From Penicillus capitatus (lineage: Eukaryota > Plantae > Chlorophyta), in NCBI GenBank assembly GCA_965649825.1, contig OZ287697.1, forward strand, positions 1,141,635-1,205,634: a DNA stretch of 64,000 nt, given 5' to 3'. Every line of letters starts with the position of its first letter. The first letter of the stretch is position 1. Below are positions 49,787-61,645 of the stretch, piece after piece. A model generated the notes under the pieces. That model was not told where the DNA came from, ran no database searches, and saw only the letters and a program-made list of their open reading frames with translations. A program made the position numbers and the translations under genes.

Positions 49787-50506
49787 TTTTCGTCCGGCGA
49801 TTTAAAGACAACTTTGACAGACGCTTATAAACCGTGCGGCTTTTATAGTCGGAAAGAGGACATGTGGAACATGAAATTCGCATGAAAATGAGGTGTCCGT
49901 CATCTGATCGGAGCTGTCGCCCAGCCGCCACTAGGAGCCTTCGTCGGAAGCAGGATCCAGCCACGTGTCCCATGGTCTCCCGCTCTCGCCCTGAATGCGG
50001 AAAGCGTAGCGATTGCCGTATCCGCGACGGATAACTGCAGTTTACGCGATTGCATTACGGATGAGGCACCACCACTGTTTCGCGGTCTGCTCATCCTGTC
50101 GACTCTCGCTTACGGGAGGTGCTGTCAGACGACAGTGGTAACGAGTAAGTATGCGCTTTCTTCGTCGCACTTCATAAAGTCGAGCGACAACAACACTCGA
50201 ACACATCTGGAATCATCTTCCATGACAGGAGATGACACTGAATCACTCAGTGCGTGTATCGTCATACTTGAGAGTAGTGGATTTCCATTAATGCCTTCCA
50301 GCATGGAATTCTTGTCAACGATCTGTTCAACTCGCTGTCTTGAATTGGCAGTCTGCTAAGAATCGATGGATCATTACATCCAAGGACACAATACACTTTA
50401 TCATCTGTCACATCATGGAAAGAAACGATGATGGCAATTATTGGCATGAACTGTATGTGTGATCCCAGGAAATAGTCTGATCTAATGGAAGGGGTTCGAA
50501 CATGTT

Positions 50507-52576
50507 TCAGAGACCAGTGCAAACCTTGCAAAACCTCAAAGCGTGCCACACAGTCTTCGGCCTCAGGTTTCTGATAGAGTGCAGCAAGACGACTGATCCA
50601 TAAGCAAATCGCATTTGGATTTGATTCTGGCAGATGACCCAGGAGATGGAGTGCCACTGCACGCAGTCCACTGGCGTCGACATCAAATGAAACATTCTGA
50701 TTTGAGAACATCTCTCAGGTGGTCTGTCATGGATCTCAACAAAATTACCAAAAGGGAGAGAAAGAACAGCAGACTGGATATAAACGTCGGAGAAGATACC
50801 AGAATGGAATAACTTTCCAAGTTGTTCGGCAGATCGAGATCCTCTCTGAATGGTTGACAGGCTTTTGCAGGTAGAAGGCGACGGCGAAGACGAAGGCAGC
50901 AAACATGACTTGGAGACTGGCACCGATCGGATAGGAAAGAACGACGACGCCAGCAATGACAGCCTTCCGTCCGATGACGACACACTCCCAGTAGCAGTGA
51001 CTGTCCTTGTGAGACCGATACATGAATCCGAAGAGGTCGTACATCCATCCCTCGCTCCTATGCGTCCGTTTGCCCAGAGAGATGACAATTGCGGTGATGA
51101 GGGGAAATCCCAGAGAGACCAAGATCAGACCGGACCAGCCCACGACGCGTTCCAGCATCGCGTGTGATGCCTCGTGGCATCGAATGCTGGTCTGTTCTCT
51201 TCGAGGATACAGTCTGCGCACGAAAGAGAAGAGTTCTCTGCTCCGCAGACGCAACCGTCGACTGATGCTGTGCAGTCAACGACGAAGGGCTTGGTTGCTT
51301 CGAAAGCCACAGAGGATACGGAGATGGATTGTCCACCTCTTTCGGCACTGCCATTTATTGTTTAGACATCTGTTGTTATTGAGACTGGGCTGTTCGAATT
51401 CGCAAAGATGAAGCTGCCATCTGGTCTGGCGTTTTCTCCTCGAAACTCCGAATGTGTGATCTTCAAACTGGATTCCGCGACATGGAAGGAGATGTTGCTC
51501 ACAGAAGTAACGCCGATGACTGCCCCATTGGTTCCGCTCTGATAAACGGCCCCTCCGTTGCCTGAAGAGTGGTCCGTGAATGTCGCATTTGCGAGGTGGG
51601 ATCAGCATCGCTTGAAGAGGATCTTGCCTCCAAGAACATTTGCCGTGTTGCCCTCGATGATCGTTCCCTCTTCTGCGAAGTGCTTCTCTTCTGCAACGAT
51701 TGCCCCACCGCCGTTATGCCCTTCATTCTCCGAGAAGTTGCTGTTCGAGATGTGCGTGATCATGTCGACGAGATGCATCTCTCCTCCATCTCCCGAAGAT
51801 GTACAAGCTTTGCATGATCGAGTCGTGGACATGCAGGAATTTCTTGAGCGCCTGCAGGCAGCTACCAGTCTCGCACAGCCGTTCTTGGATGGCGAACTGC
51901 TGACGAAGAGAACGGGGTTTCTCTTGACGTACAGAATTCCACCCTCGTTCTCTGCTCGGTTGGACGTCATCTGTGGCGTTCGCGAGCCGCATGCGTTTCG
52001 CCCGAATACGACGTCGATCAAAATCTACTCTCGGAAGGTTAGTCACATCATGAGATCAGGACTCTGGCTTGAGGAGGGAAGAGGAAAACTGCTTGTCCTG
52101 TCGGGGATGTAGCAGCGAGAAGATGCATTCGACCATCTGCTCCAGGCGCCATATCGCCAAACACGGTCGTCCATGTCGACGATTCTGCCTGCAGCTCTGG
52201 AGGCCGTCAACATCGTCACGAGTGTTTGGTGTACGATGATTTAACGGTCCTCGATCGCTTGCGAAGAATGATCCGATAAACTTCGATTTCGCCGAGACCT
52301 TCACAAGCGAAGAGTCCTTTCTCGTTGAAGCGGATGACCTTTCGAGGTTTTCGTGCAGTGCCAGTTTCTTCGGCATCCGCCATGGCCGTCATCCATTCTC
52401 TCATCGTCAGGATAATTTGCACAAGACATGAGTGGACTCCTTCCAAAACAGTGTCTCGCCTGTAAGAGCGCGCAATTGGAAGAGTGGCTCGCAACTCGGT
52501 CGATTAGTCGGCCGTCTCTCCCGGACACTGTGATCAAGCAAGCGGCATATATGAACACAAGCATCGTAACCTGCAT
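50507..52576 (-). pseudogene. Decayed, internally deleted Pmp/multi-TM family copy D
   Basis: Signal-like MQVTMLVFIYAACLITVSG; fragments AENEGGILYVKRN...SGDGGEMHL...NGGGAI and GFMYRSHKDSHCYWECVVIGRKAVIA, broken by stops and frameshifts. About 2 kb versus 5-6.5 kb for intact copies. Confidence 0.75.
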
Positions 52577-55177
52577 GTCCGGGTTTGACGATTCTCGAAG
52601 GAGTGATTTTTGATGGGAGCTAGCTACTGAGATTAAACTAAGAGAAGTGGGCCGGTACTACGATCCATCAATCGGAACGCGTCCACGGATACTTGAAACA
52701 CAGTTTGTTTCACAGGTTGATCTTGGTTCATTCGTCACAGCTCGAGAAATGGCGTCGTGAGTTCTGATGTGCCGACGGTGCCTTGCATCATCGAGCGATG
52801 GAAGCTCGGCTCGTACGAGGAACACGTCAGCAACAGGATGAGCGATCGAGAGGCTGACGTGATGATGACGTTGATGTAAGATGAGGTGACGCATAAGGAT
52901 TTCTGGGCGTCTGAATCTGACTGTTCTGCTGTCGAGGCTTCAGTTAATCATCAGTTACCGTTGCCACGCACTTCCTTGCTGGACTCGCATCCGACGAGAG
53001 CCGATCTTCGGATCGGTCTTCACGTGATGTTCGGAGTTTGAGCATGCAGATCTGTGTAAGCACGAGTTGTCAAATCGGTAAGTAGTTGATCGGACAAACA
53101 AACAGCGCGATTGTTTGGATCTGGACGTTCTCGTTTTGAGATTAAGTTTGAGCGATTTTGCCGAAGCACTTAATCGGAAACTAGACGATCGATTTCTAAT
53201 TGTCGTACATTCACTTGTACAAATATTCAAACGTCGGCCTACGATCGACCTTGAAAGCAACAATGATAAATTCGCGAACTGAAGATCGACGATCATGCGT
53301 AGATCGGACATCGTCTTGACTGATTTTTTTGTGTGGAGTTGGTTTCGACATCGATCACATCTTAAACCTCGATATCCGATCGAGATCGATCCTCCCGATT
53401 GCGTCCGATCGAGATACAGATTTCAAATACACAAAACAAAATTGTTCTAAAATGTCATCGATTCGCCGTGAGACAAAGTGCAAACATCAGAGTGCAAGCA
53501 CATAATCTATTGTCAAGACGAGATAAAACGTGGATGTTTAAAACTGAACTATCGCCAAAGAGAAGGCTAGAAGAACAATCTATAAGGCTAGTAGTGATCA
53601 GCGATTCTGGTCATTAAGGCTGTAGATGCGTTTCTCGAACAAGACATGACCTCAGCAAGATGATGAACAGACGAGGGGCTGGCGTGATGAAATAATGATG
53701 ACAGTCGAGGTGACAGATGGCGGATTCCTGAATATTATGACCGTAGAATGATGGATCATCGGATATTGTCTAACACGACGGATGCTGGTAGCACAGCAAC
53801 GATTCGACTTGCATGGGATGTCGCTTAGGTCAAGAGCGACCTCCGCACGGGGGCGTGTTGGCATCGTGCCTACGACGGCGTCGATCTATCCTTCTCTTCC
53901 ATCCATTCGAGCAGTCCGAAACCAAGAGATCGCTTAATAGGACGCATCCGTCGTGCAGAGCGACACCATGATGCGTTTGGAAATGCCGTAAACTGGGCTC
54001 CTGTTTCACATCGAAGAGTTAGTCGAGTCTCCTTTAGATCTCCGCGGTCATAAAAACAGAGTAAATGATAGATTAGGTTAGTCCTGTTAAATCCGTCTAT
54101 GTTTCGCTTTTCGATGAAGGACATTCAATCAGTCCGGCGAGAAACTGCACAAGAAGCATTTCACACAGCAGAAGGTTAGGTATGTTGAAGAGGTCTCCCG
54201 ATTAAAGATTGTCGTTTTGTTCTCTGATGCAGTGTGCTGTTGTACACTTTGATATAATGTAACGTTTACTCCAATTCAAAGCACGGGGATTCATGCCTCG
54301 GCGAAATGCCACAAACGAAACGCCGACGGCGTTCGGTTACGGCAGCAAAAGAACAATCGCGCGGTCGGTTCGAAAACAGCAACATTGTTCTTTTTGTGAA
54401 ACGCCAAGCGACGACGGATTCGGTAGTCTTCGAAACGTGTTGCCGTTATTGATGTGACTGATTCTACAGATCGTGCAACCCAGAACAGAGCTGGACATCC
54501 GAAATCCTTACGCTTCTCTACGCTTGAGAACCTCCGTTTAGCAGAATCTCCATCGCAGTCTCATGCAAGTACCGATCCAGGTGCATAGATAGGAGAGGCG
54601 ACAAATGAAAAGAGCGACGGATTCCATTCAAAGAACAAATCGACCGCCTGAGTCACATCTCTCACAGACTTCTTTCGAGAATAGCGCGCGATAAGTACGA
54701 GAGCTGTGTGGCTTTTCGATGCCGCGTTCTGCGTCAAGTTCTGTCCGCAACGATCGTCTTCGTTTCCGAACGTCGCCATCGATCGCAGCGTGCGATCTAC
54801 AGCGGTTCGATACGTCGAGCTCAGAGAGAAGCCGGTCACATCACACGCTCGCTGCGCTGGCAGACAGAAAAGCTTCGATGCGTCAGAGGCGCGATGTGAC
54901 GTCGCTGCGACGGGCATCGCGTTCGTGTTTAGGCACGCAGCCATCACATCAAGCCAAGCTTACATGCCGAAAAGCATTCTACGCGAGATTGCACCATCAT
55001 CAGGTATCCATTCAGCACGAACCATTGATAAACAACCCACCCACCATTAAGCCACTCTTTGTGAACGATATTCAAAACAATGCCAAAACAGGTCGTCCCA
55101 TCCTCTTCTAGAAGCTTTTGCTTCGCGTTTACTTGAAAAATGATCCTCCTCATCGCGGGAGTGAGCGAGATGATTCA

Positions 55178-58100
55178 TCATGCGTTCTCCGACGCCTCAG
55201 CATGTGTGTTTTCCGAACTGCTGTGCTTCAAGTAGGTAACGAGGCCCCCGATCTCATGGGTCATCCACGTTTTGACTAGATTCATTCTCGAAGGACTGGA
55301 TTCGAGCGTCTCCCCCTCATCTGTTAAATACAGCTTTACGTATTCAACGAAATATCCGAAGAGAAAAGAAACAAACACTGCAAAAGTCGATATGTTAAGC
55401 AGGCCGCACAAGGCCGTGATGGTCACGCGTCCCCACTCCGCGCTGAATATCTCACTCTTCAGGGCGGCGGCGACAAGCGACATCAAGAGTGACACGAACA
55501 AGGAAATCACTTCGAAGTTATTCAGAACACTAAATTCGTCTCGATAAGGATGTGCGATGATTTGCAGTCCCATGGCGATGGCGATGAAGCCAGCGACGCC
55601 GATGATCGGCAGCTGACTGTCGTAACGTTGGGCGCAGAAAAGAAGGAAGGCGATGAGGATCTTCCTCACGAGTACTACAACTTCCCAGTAACGAAGGTGA
55701 TTGCTCTTGAAACTGCGGTACAGAAATCCTGTGGTCTGGTAGATCCAGCTCTCGATGTTGGTCCGCTGCTGTTCAGAAGAACAGAGAACGATGATGAGGA
55801 AGCCGAGGAGGCCGCCGTAGATGATGCCGACGAAGAACCAGATAAGGAGAGACAGCGTTCGGTGGTCGCCTTTGAAGCACTCGAGACTGGTGTCCACCGC
55901 CCAGTAGCTGATGATGCTACTGTCCTCCATGGGTGCCTGGCTGTCGTGCACATTCACGCAGAGCAGGCTGCCGAATGCTGTCTTCATGACAGGGACTGAG
56001 GCAATGTACCACAGGACCATGACGGAGAGCAGACAGCGCATCATGAGAAAGCGCATCGGCTTGTGGACGCGGTTGTATACAGCGACGGCGATCCAGAAGA
56101 GACTGAGCAGAAGGAAGATGAGCGTGGGGATGGCGCAGATGGTGACGAAGACTGCGAGTGCCGTTGGATGCATCGATTGCTCGCCCGTGCTCAGACAGAC
56201 GACCGATCGCCGAATGCCTTCCGCTGCAAGACCGCCGAGAAACTCTGCACACCACGAGACGGCATGATAGGGGCAGTGAGGGCGGGGTTCGATCACGGAC
56301 CTGCCACCTGTGCGATGATGAGCATGGAGACGGCCCATCCGACGTCCACGGATGCGATCAGAATCGTCACCTGTACGTAGTTGAGTGTGATCTGTCACAT
56401 CATTCCATCGTCATGAAAAGTGTGACGTCGACCTTGCAGTACTTTGAGCATTTCGACAGCTTTCCATTTGGCCAGGACGGAAGGGCTCGCATGCACGCCA
56501 TCGTTTCTGTCACTCTGCGTTGTGCTCTGCCCTTCGCCGAGGAAACCATCTGCTTCATCTGGAACTTTGTCGGTAGGTGGTTCAGCCGAAGCGGAAGCGG
56601 CCGAAGAGCTAGAAGACACACGGTCTGTCAGAAGGCCGTCTGCAGGATCTTGATGATCGGACCGCAAGGCGCTCAGTGTTCCGCGAATCGTGATGGCGGA
56701 CAGGACGAGTAGTATGAGCGTTGAGCTGGCGATCACCATGAGATTGCCAGCAGTAGTCGGACACTCTTGGCATTTTGAAGACAGCGAACTCCCGTGTCCT
56801 GACTCGCACGATCCGCACAGAGGACCCGAATGACCCTGAATCAAAGCAACATACCCGTTTCGACGGCTTTCTGTCATCGGCGGGGAAAACACTTGCCTTT
56901 GCACACTGCGCTTTCTGGTAATCCTCGACCTCCGTCGGACTCAGATCGCAGCTCTCCGTGTGTTTCGTCCTTTCCTGCAACTTTGCCTTACGTTCATCAA
57001 AGTTGCAGGCGTAAGATGTTAGACATCTCCTTATGTACACCGAGCACGGCGAACTGTGCCAATATCCGTCGTTCGGTGTGATCACATGGGATTCGCAGTT
57101 GCCGTTTGCCGGACACGGTTGACAGCCCAGATCCTCGTCGTCTGTCGGATTGAAGCTGTAGGTCGTTGCACTGCACTTCTCACAGAGCGTGCCGCTAATA
57201 GAAGGCACTTCGTCGATCATGCACTTCTGCACCTCGACTTTGATCTCGACCGTCTCGACGTAGTCATCCTCGAATTTCAGAAGAATAGTGTAGACTCCCG
57301 GTTTGGCAAATCCGACGGCCTGATGCTTGACCTGGCGCTTGTCCAACAGAAGACTCTGCGTTCCAGCGAAGAGTTTATCTGGAGAGAACACGGTGGCGAT
57401 CATGCTGCGGAAGTCCCTCCCGACGGCTGGACTCTGGCGGAAGTCATCTTGTACCTGTAGCGTGATCGTGGGTAACGACGAACCACTCTTGTAGTCCTTG
57501 ATGCGGTAGGGAGTGGATCTGTCCGTCACGACGGTCTTGACTCCATTCTCTTCAACGCTCACAACGGGCCGCGATGCATAAGAGGCGACAACATCGCCAT
57601 ACAATTTAGCTTTGTTTCCTGTCCACTGCGCACAGCCGCCCTTTGACAACGTATGTCCGTCTGGCGAACTCTTTTTCCGCTTTCCCGGAGAGCGGGTTGA
57701 TCTGTCGTTTGGAGCGGGACACTTGATTCTGAGGTTCCTTGACTGGCTGACGAAGATGGCACCGCCCGCTTTCTCGGCGTTGTTGCGCTCGAAGATCGTC
57801 CTCTGCAGAGTGACGACAGGACAGTCGCCCTTCTCATCCGAGCAGGCGGGCGATTGACCGCCGGTTGTCGCGTAGAGTCCTCCTACATCACACCAGGGTC
57901 ATGCGTCACCCAATGGCTGCGAATCCGACCTCCAAAGCTGGCGCTGTTGTTACCGAATGTGCAGCCTGAGAATGTGGCTGTGTTGTTCTGTGGTGCCTTC
58001 TCGGACTCGAAGACAAAGGCGCCGCCGTTAGATCCCGCTGTACAGCTCGTGATCTCGAGGTGGCGTCCCTCGAAGCTCGCATCGAGCACCGCAACGGCCC

Positions 58101-61100
58101 CTCCCTTCTCGGCGCTGCCCCTGCTCATCTGACTCTCTTCCACCACGACAGCACTGTTCGAGATCGCCGAGAGAAAACCTCCCGCCTTCTTTGCCTCTCC
58201 ATCTCTGAAGACCGAACGCTTGATGCTCAGTCGCGAGGCTTCGACCAAAACGGCGCCTCCCTGTTCTGGGCAGCTGTTGCGTTCGAAGATCGCGTTGTCG
58301 AGCTCCACTTCGGAAGAGGATCTCACACACATGGCCCCACCGCCATCACCACCCAGGGCAGCGTTGTTGGTGAACACGGCGTTCTCGATCACGAATGTGG
58401 ATCCCCACAGGAGAATCCCTCCTCCCTCATCGGCGATGTTGTCACGGATGGTCAAGCCGATCCCAGTCAACTCCCCCTTGTCAGCGAAAATCGCTCCGCC
58501 GTCGAATTTGGCACTGTTCTGATGGAAGCTGGAATGGTAAATGTCCGCCTTGACTTCAGACAGCCGCATGGCACCGCCGTCTTCTGTCGAAGTGCAGTGA
58601 TGCATCTCTGAGTGACGCACGGACAGGTGTCCGCTAACCGCTCGCAGACAGGCACCATTCCTCCCTGTGCCGTTCTTCAGCGTTGAACTGTCGATAGTTA
58701 CGTTGGCATTCCTCTTGATGAAGAGAAATCCGCCGTCCCCTGCACTGCTGTTCTGGAAGGTGCAGTTGTCGAGATGCGTTTCAGACGCCGTAACGTAGAA
58801 GGCGCCTCCTTCTGTCGCCGCAGAGCTGTTGATGAAGGTCACGTTCGAAAAGCGCGCATTCGATTTCAGCTCCAGCGACACCGCCCCGCCTCTGTCTGCT
58901 CTGTTGTTGTGGAAAACGGAATTGGCGAGGGCGAACTGAGTCTCGAGTCGGATGCGCAGGGCGCCTGCGTGATCATCCGCCAAATTGCTGTCCACGGTCC
59001 AACCATCGCCTGTCACAGTCGAGAACTCGGCGTAGAGACACCCACCGTCATCGCCGGCTTGGTTCGACACCATGGTGGTGTTGGTGATCTCGGCAGATGC
59101 GTTGGAGAGACGTAGCATGCCGCCATCGACCACGGAGCTGCACCCCTCAAGCGTCACGTTGTGCAGGATGAAGTGCGAGAGGTGTGCATGGAGACACCCG
59201 CCGTCTTTGGCTAATGCGGATTCGAATGTCGTGTGTCTGATGGAAACGGTCGCTTCGTCTCTTACGGCGATGAATCCTCCGTGCTCTTCGGCTCGGCCAT
59301 GATCGAAGGCGCAGCCATAGAAATCAATCGACGATCGATACGAGTACAGCGATCCAGCGCTCTCCGACGCCAAGTTGTTGCTGAAGACGGTTCGGGTGAA
59401 ACGACCGCGAGAGATGGCCTTGGCGCAAACGGCCCCTCCGGCGCCGCCAGCTGTGTTGTTCTGGAACGCAGCGTCCTTGACAGTGAGGATCCCGCCATCT
59501 TGAACGGACATACCGCCACCGGCTCCTTCAGCTCTGTTGCCGATCAGCGTCATCATCGCCTCTTCGATGTTCGAACCGACGGCGAAGATGCCGCCGCCGT
59601 CTTGGTGCGCTTCGCTCGATGAGATCTCGAGATCTCTGAACGTGGCGTTGGTGAACTGCAGAGCCATCGCCCCGCCTTCTCCCGACGTTGAGCAGCTGTC
59701 CATGGTCGAATTCTTCACGATGAGCTTTACGCCTTCCGACCACAGACAGCCGCCACCTTTTCTGCTGGAACTGTCCGTCAGCTGCGATCGGTGGATATCA
59801 ATCGAAGAGTTGCTGCTCGCGTACAGCAGTCCTCCGCGATCGGCCTCGCCGTCAGAGAAGGAACACCCTTTGAGAGTTACGTTGGATGTCAGGAGATACA
59901 GCGATCCGCCGTCCCTTTCAGCCCGGTTGCCGGTAAAGCGCACGTCGCGGAACACGCCGGATGCGTTTGCCAAGAAGCTGGCAGCGCCGCCGTGCAAATG
60001 GGCCAAGTTCATCCGCAGAGCACTCCCTCTGAAGCGACAGGTCGACCAGCTAGCCACGTACACCGCTCCTCCCTGGCCTTCTGTTGCGGAATTGGACTCG
60101 AGCGTGCAGTCGTCCACCACAGCCACCGTGTTCTCCACCAGATACAAGGCTCCGCCTCTCTTGCCTCGGTTTCCCTTCAGAATCGACCGGCGCAGCTCGA
60201 CGGAGGACCGCTCTGCGAAGACGGCGGCTCCGTCCTCCGCTTCGTTGTCGCGGAATGTGCAGTTCCGGATGCTGACGGATGCTTCCCTGAGGTGGACGCA
60301 CACGCTGCGCGAGATGTTCTTCGTCGACTGCGTAAGAACGTTGTTCCGCAGCTCCGAATCTTCTAGCGTCAGAGAGCCGTTGTCGATGCGAAAGATCTTC
60401 ACCTCGTTCTCCGTTGCCGAGAGTCGCCGGACGGCGGTCTGTGAACCGGAAGGGGCGTGGAACACGGACGGTGCTTCGCGGGATCTCTTTGGTGGCGCGA
60501 CCTTGTGGACTCGGACATCACGCAGCCGGTTGTTACGGGTGGACAGGGCGACGCCACACGGACCGTCGCAGTCCGTTCTCGCGAAGCCGAAGTCGACCAG
60601 CTCCAAATCCGTACACGACGAAGACTGCATCTTGAGAGCGTAATGCTTGAGGAGGGTGTTCCTTCGGAAGTCAACGTGGTGCAGACGCAGAACGCCGTCC
60701 AAGTCCGCCGAGATGCATTTCTCGACGCTGACGATGGCGTCCCTGGTACCGTCCGTCTTGTTGAAGACGCAGTCTTCGAACACGAGATTCGCCAGCGTCA
60801 CATCCCTGGACCTGGAGTGAAGTCACATCGCTGTATCAGCCGCCTGGCTCACTCTTTGCCAGTAAGACGCACCGGACGAGGAAGACGCCTTGGTTTTCTC
60901 CGGGGCACCTAAACGTCGTCTTGTTCTCTGCTCGAGGAAACACGCCGTCGGAGAGCCCGACGCTCGGCACGCTGGCGGATATGGTCAGGGGCCACGGAAG
61001 AGTGACGCGTGATGTTGGCCGAATGGCTTTCGTCGTCGTGAAGAGCACGATGTCTTCAGCTTGAGTGCAGTCGATGATGGCTTGAATGTCGTCGTCGATG

Positions 61101-61645
61101 TCGTCCAAGTCAGCAGCGTCGAGCGACCACGTGCGCGTCGCCAGGTCGAGATAGCGATAGCGTTTTGCCAGGGTCAGTCGACAGACATGCCCTGCCAGAA
61201 CAACAACCCTTAGCTCGTCGTCCGACGCGGTGGACACGTCATCGATGTCACCTGTCGTGTCTTCGGGAATTTGATCCGCTTGGAGCAGAGCACGTGCCTC
61301 GTTGCTTTTCTAGACAGCAGCGCGCTTTTCAGACGCGCTTCGGGTAAAACGTGGCTTCATGCTCACGGTGTTCAGACGTCTTGCCCACAGAGCACGCCTC
61401 GATGCTTCGTCGTCTGAGGATTTCTCCGCCTCTGTTCGGGCGTTGAGCGAATGGACCGACAGGGCGGAGGTAGACGACGACGAAGAGAGAAATTTGTCAC
61501 TTGAGTGCACCGAAGCCGCTGGTCTGCGCCGTGGGTCTGTTGACTGGACATCCGGCGAGGCGCCTGCGAAGATGACGACGATGCTGAAGCTCAGCAGCAG
61601 CACCGTCCTGTGCTTCGTCCAGAGAGCAAAGGGGTCGGCAGTCAT
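55178..61645 (-). CDS. Pmp-repeat beta-helix / Cys-rich / multi-TM protein, copy E
   Basis: Signal TVLLLSFSIVVIFAGA, 972-aa beta-helix exon, Cys-rich exon, TM exon GFLYRSF...YWEVVVLVRK. Frame preserved at the junctions checked. Confidence 0.88.

Noticed and set aside
59537-60643. 368-aa plus-strand ORF, and similar ones such as 32900-33778 and 497-1036
   Set aside because: These are antisense shadows of GC-rich real exons, with no recognisable motifs.
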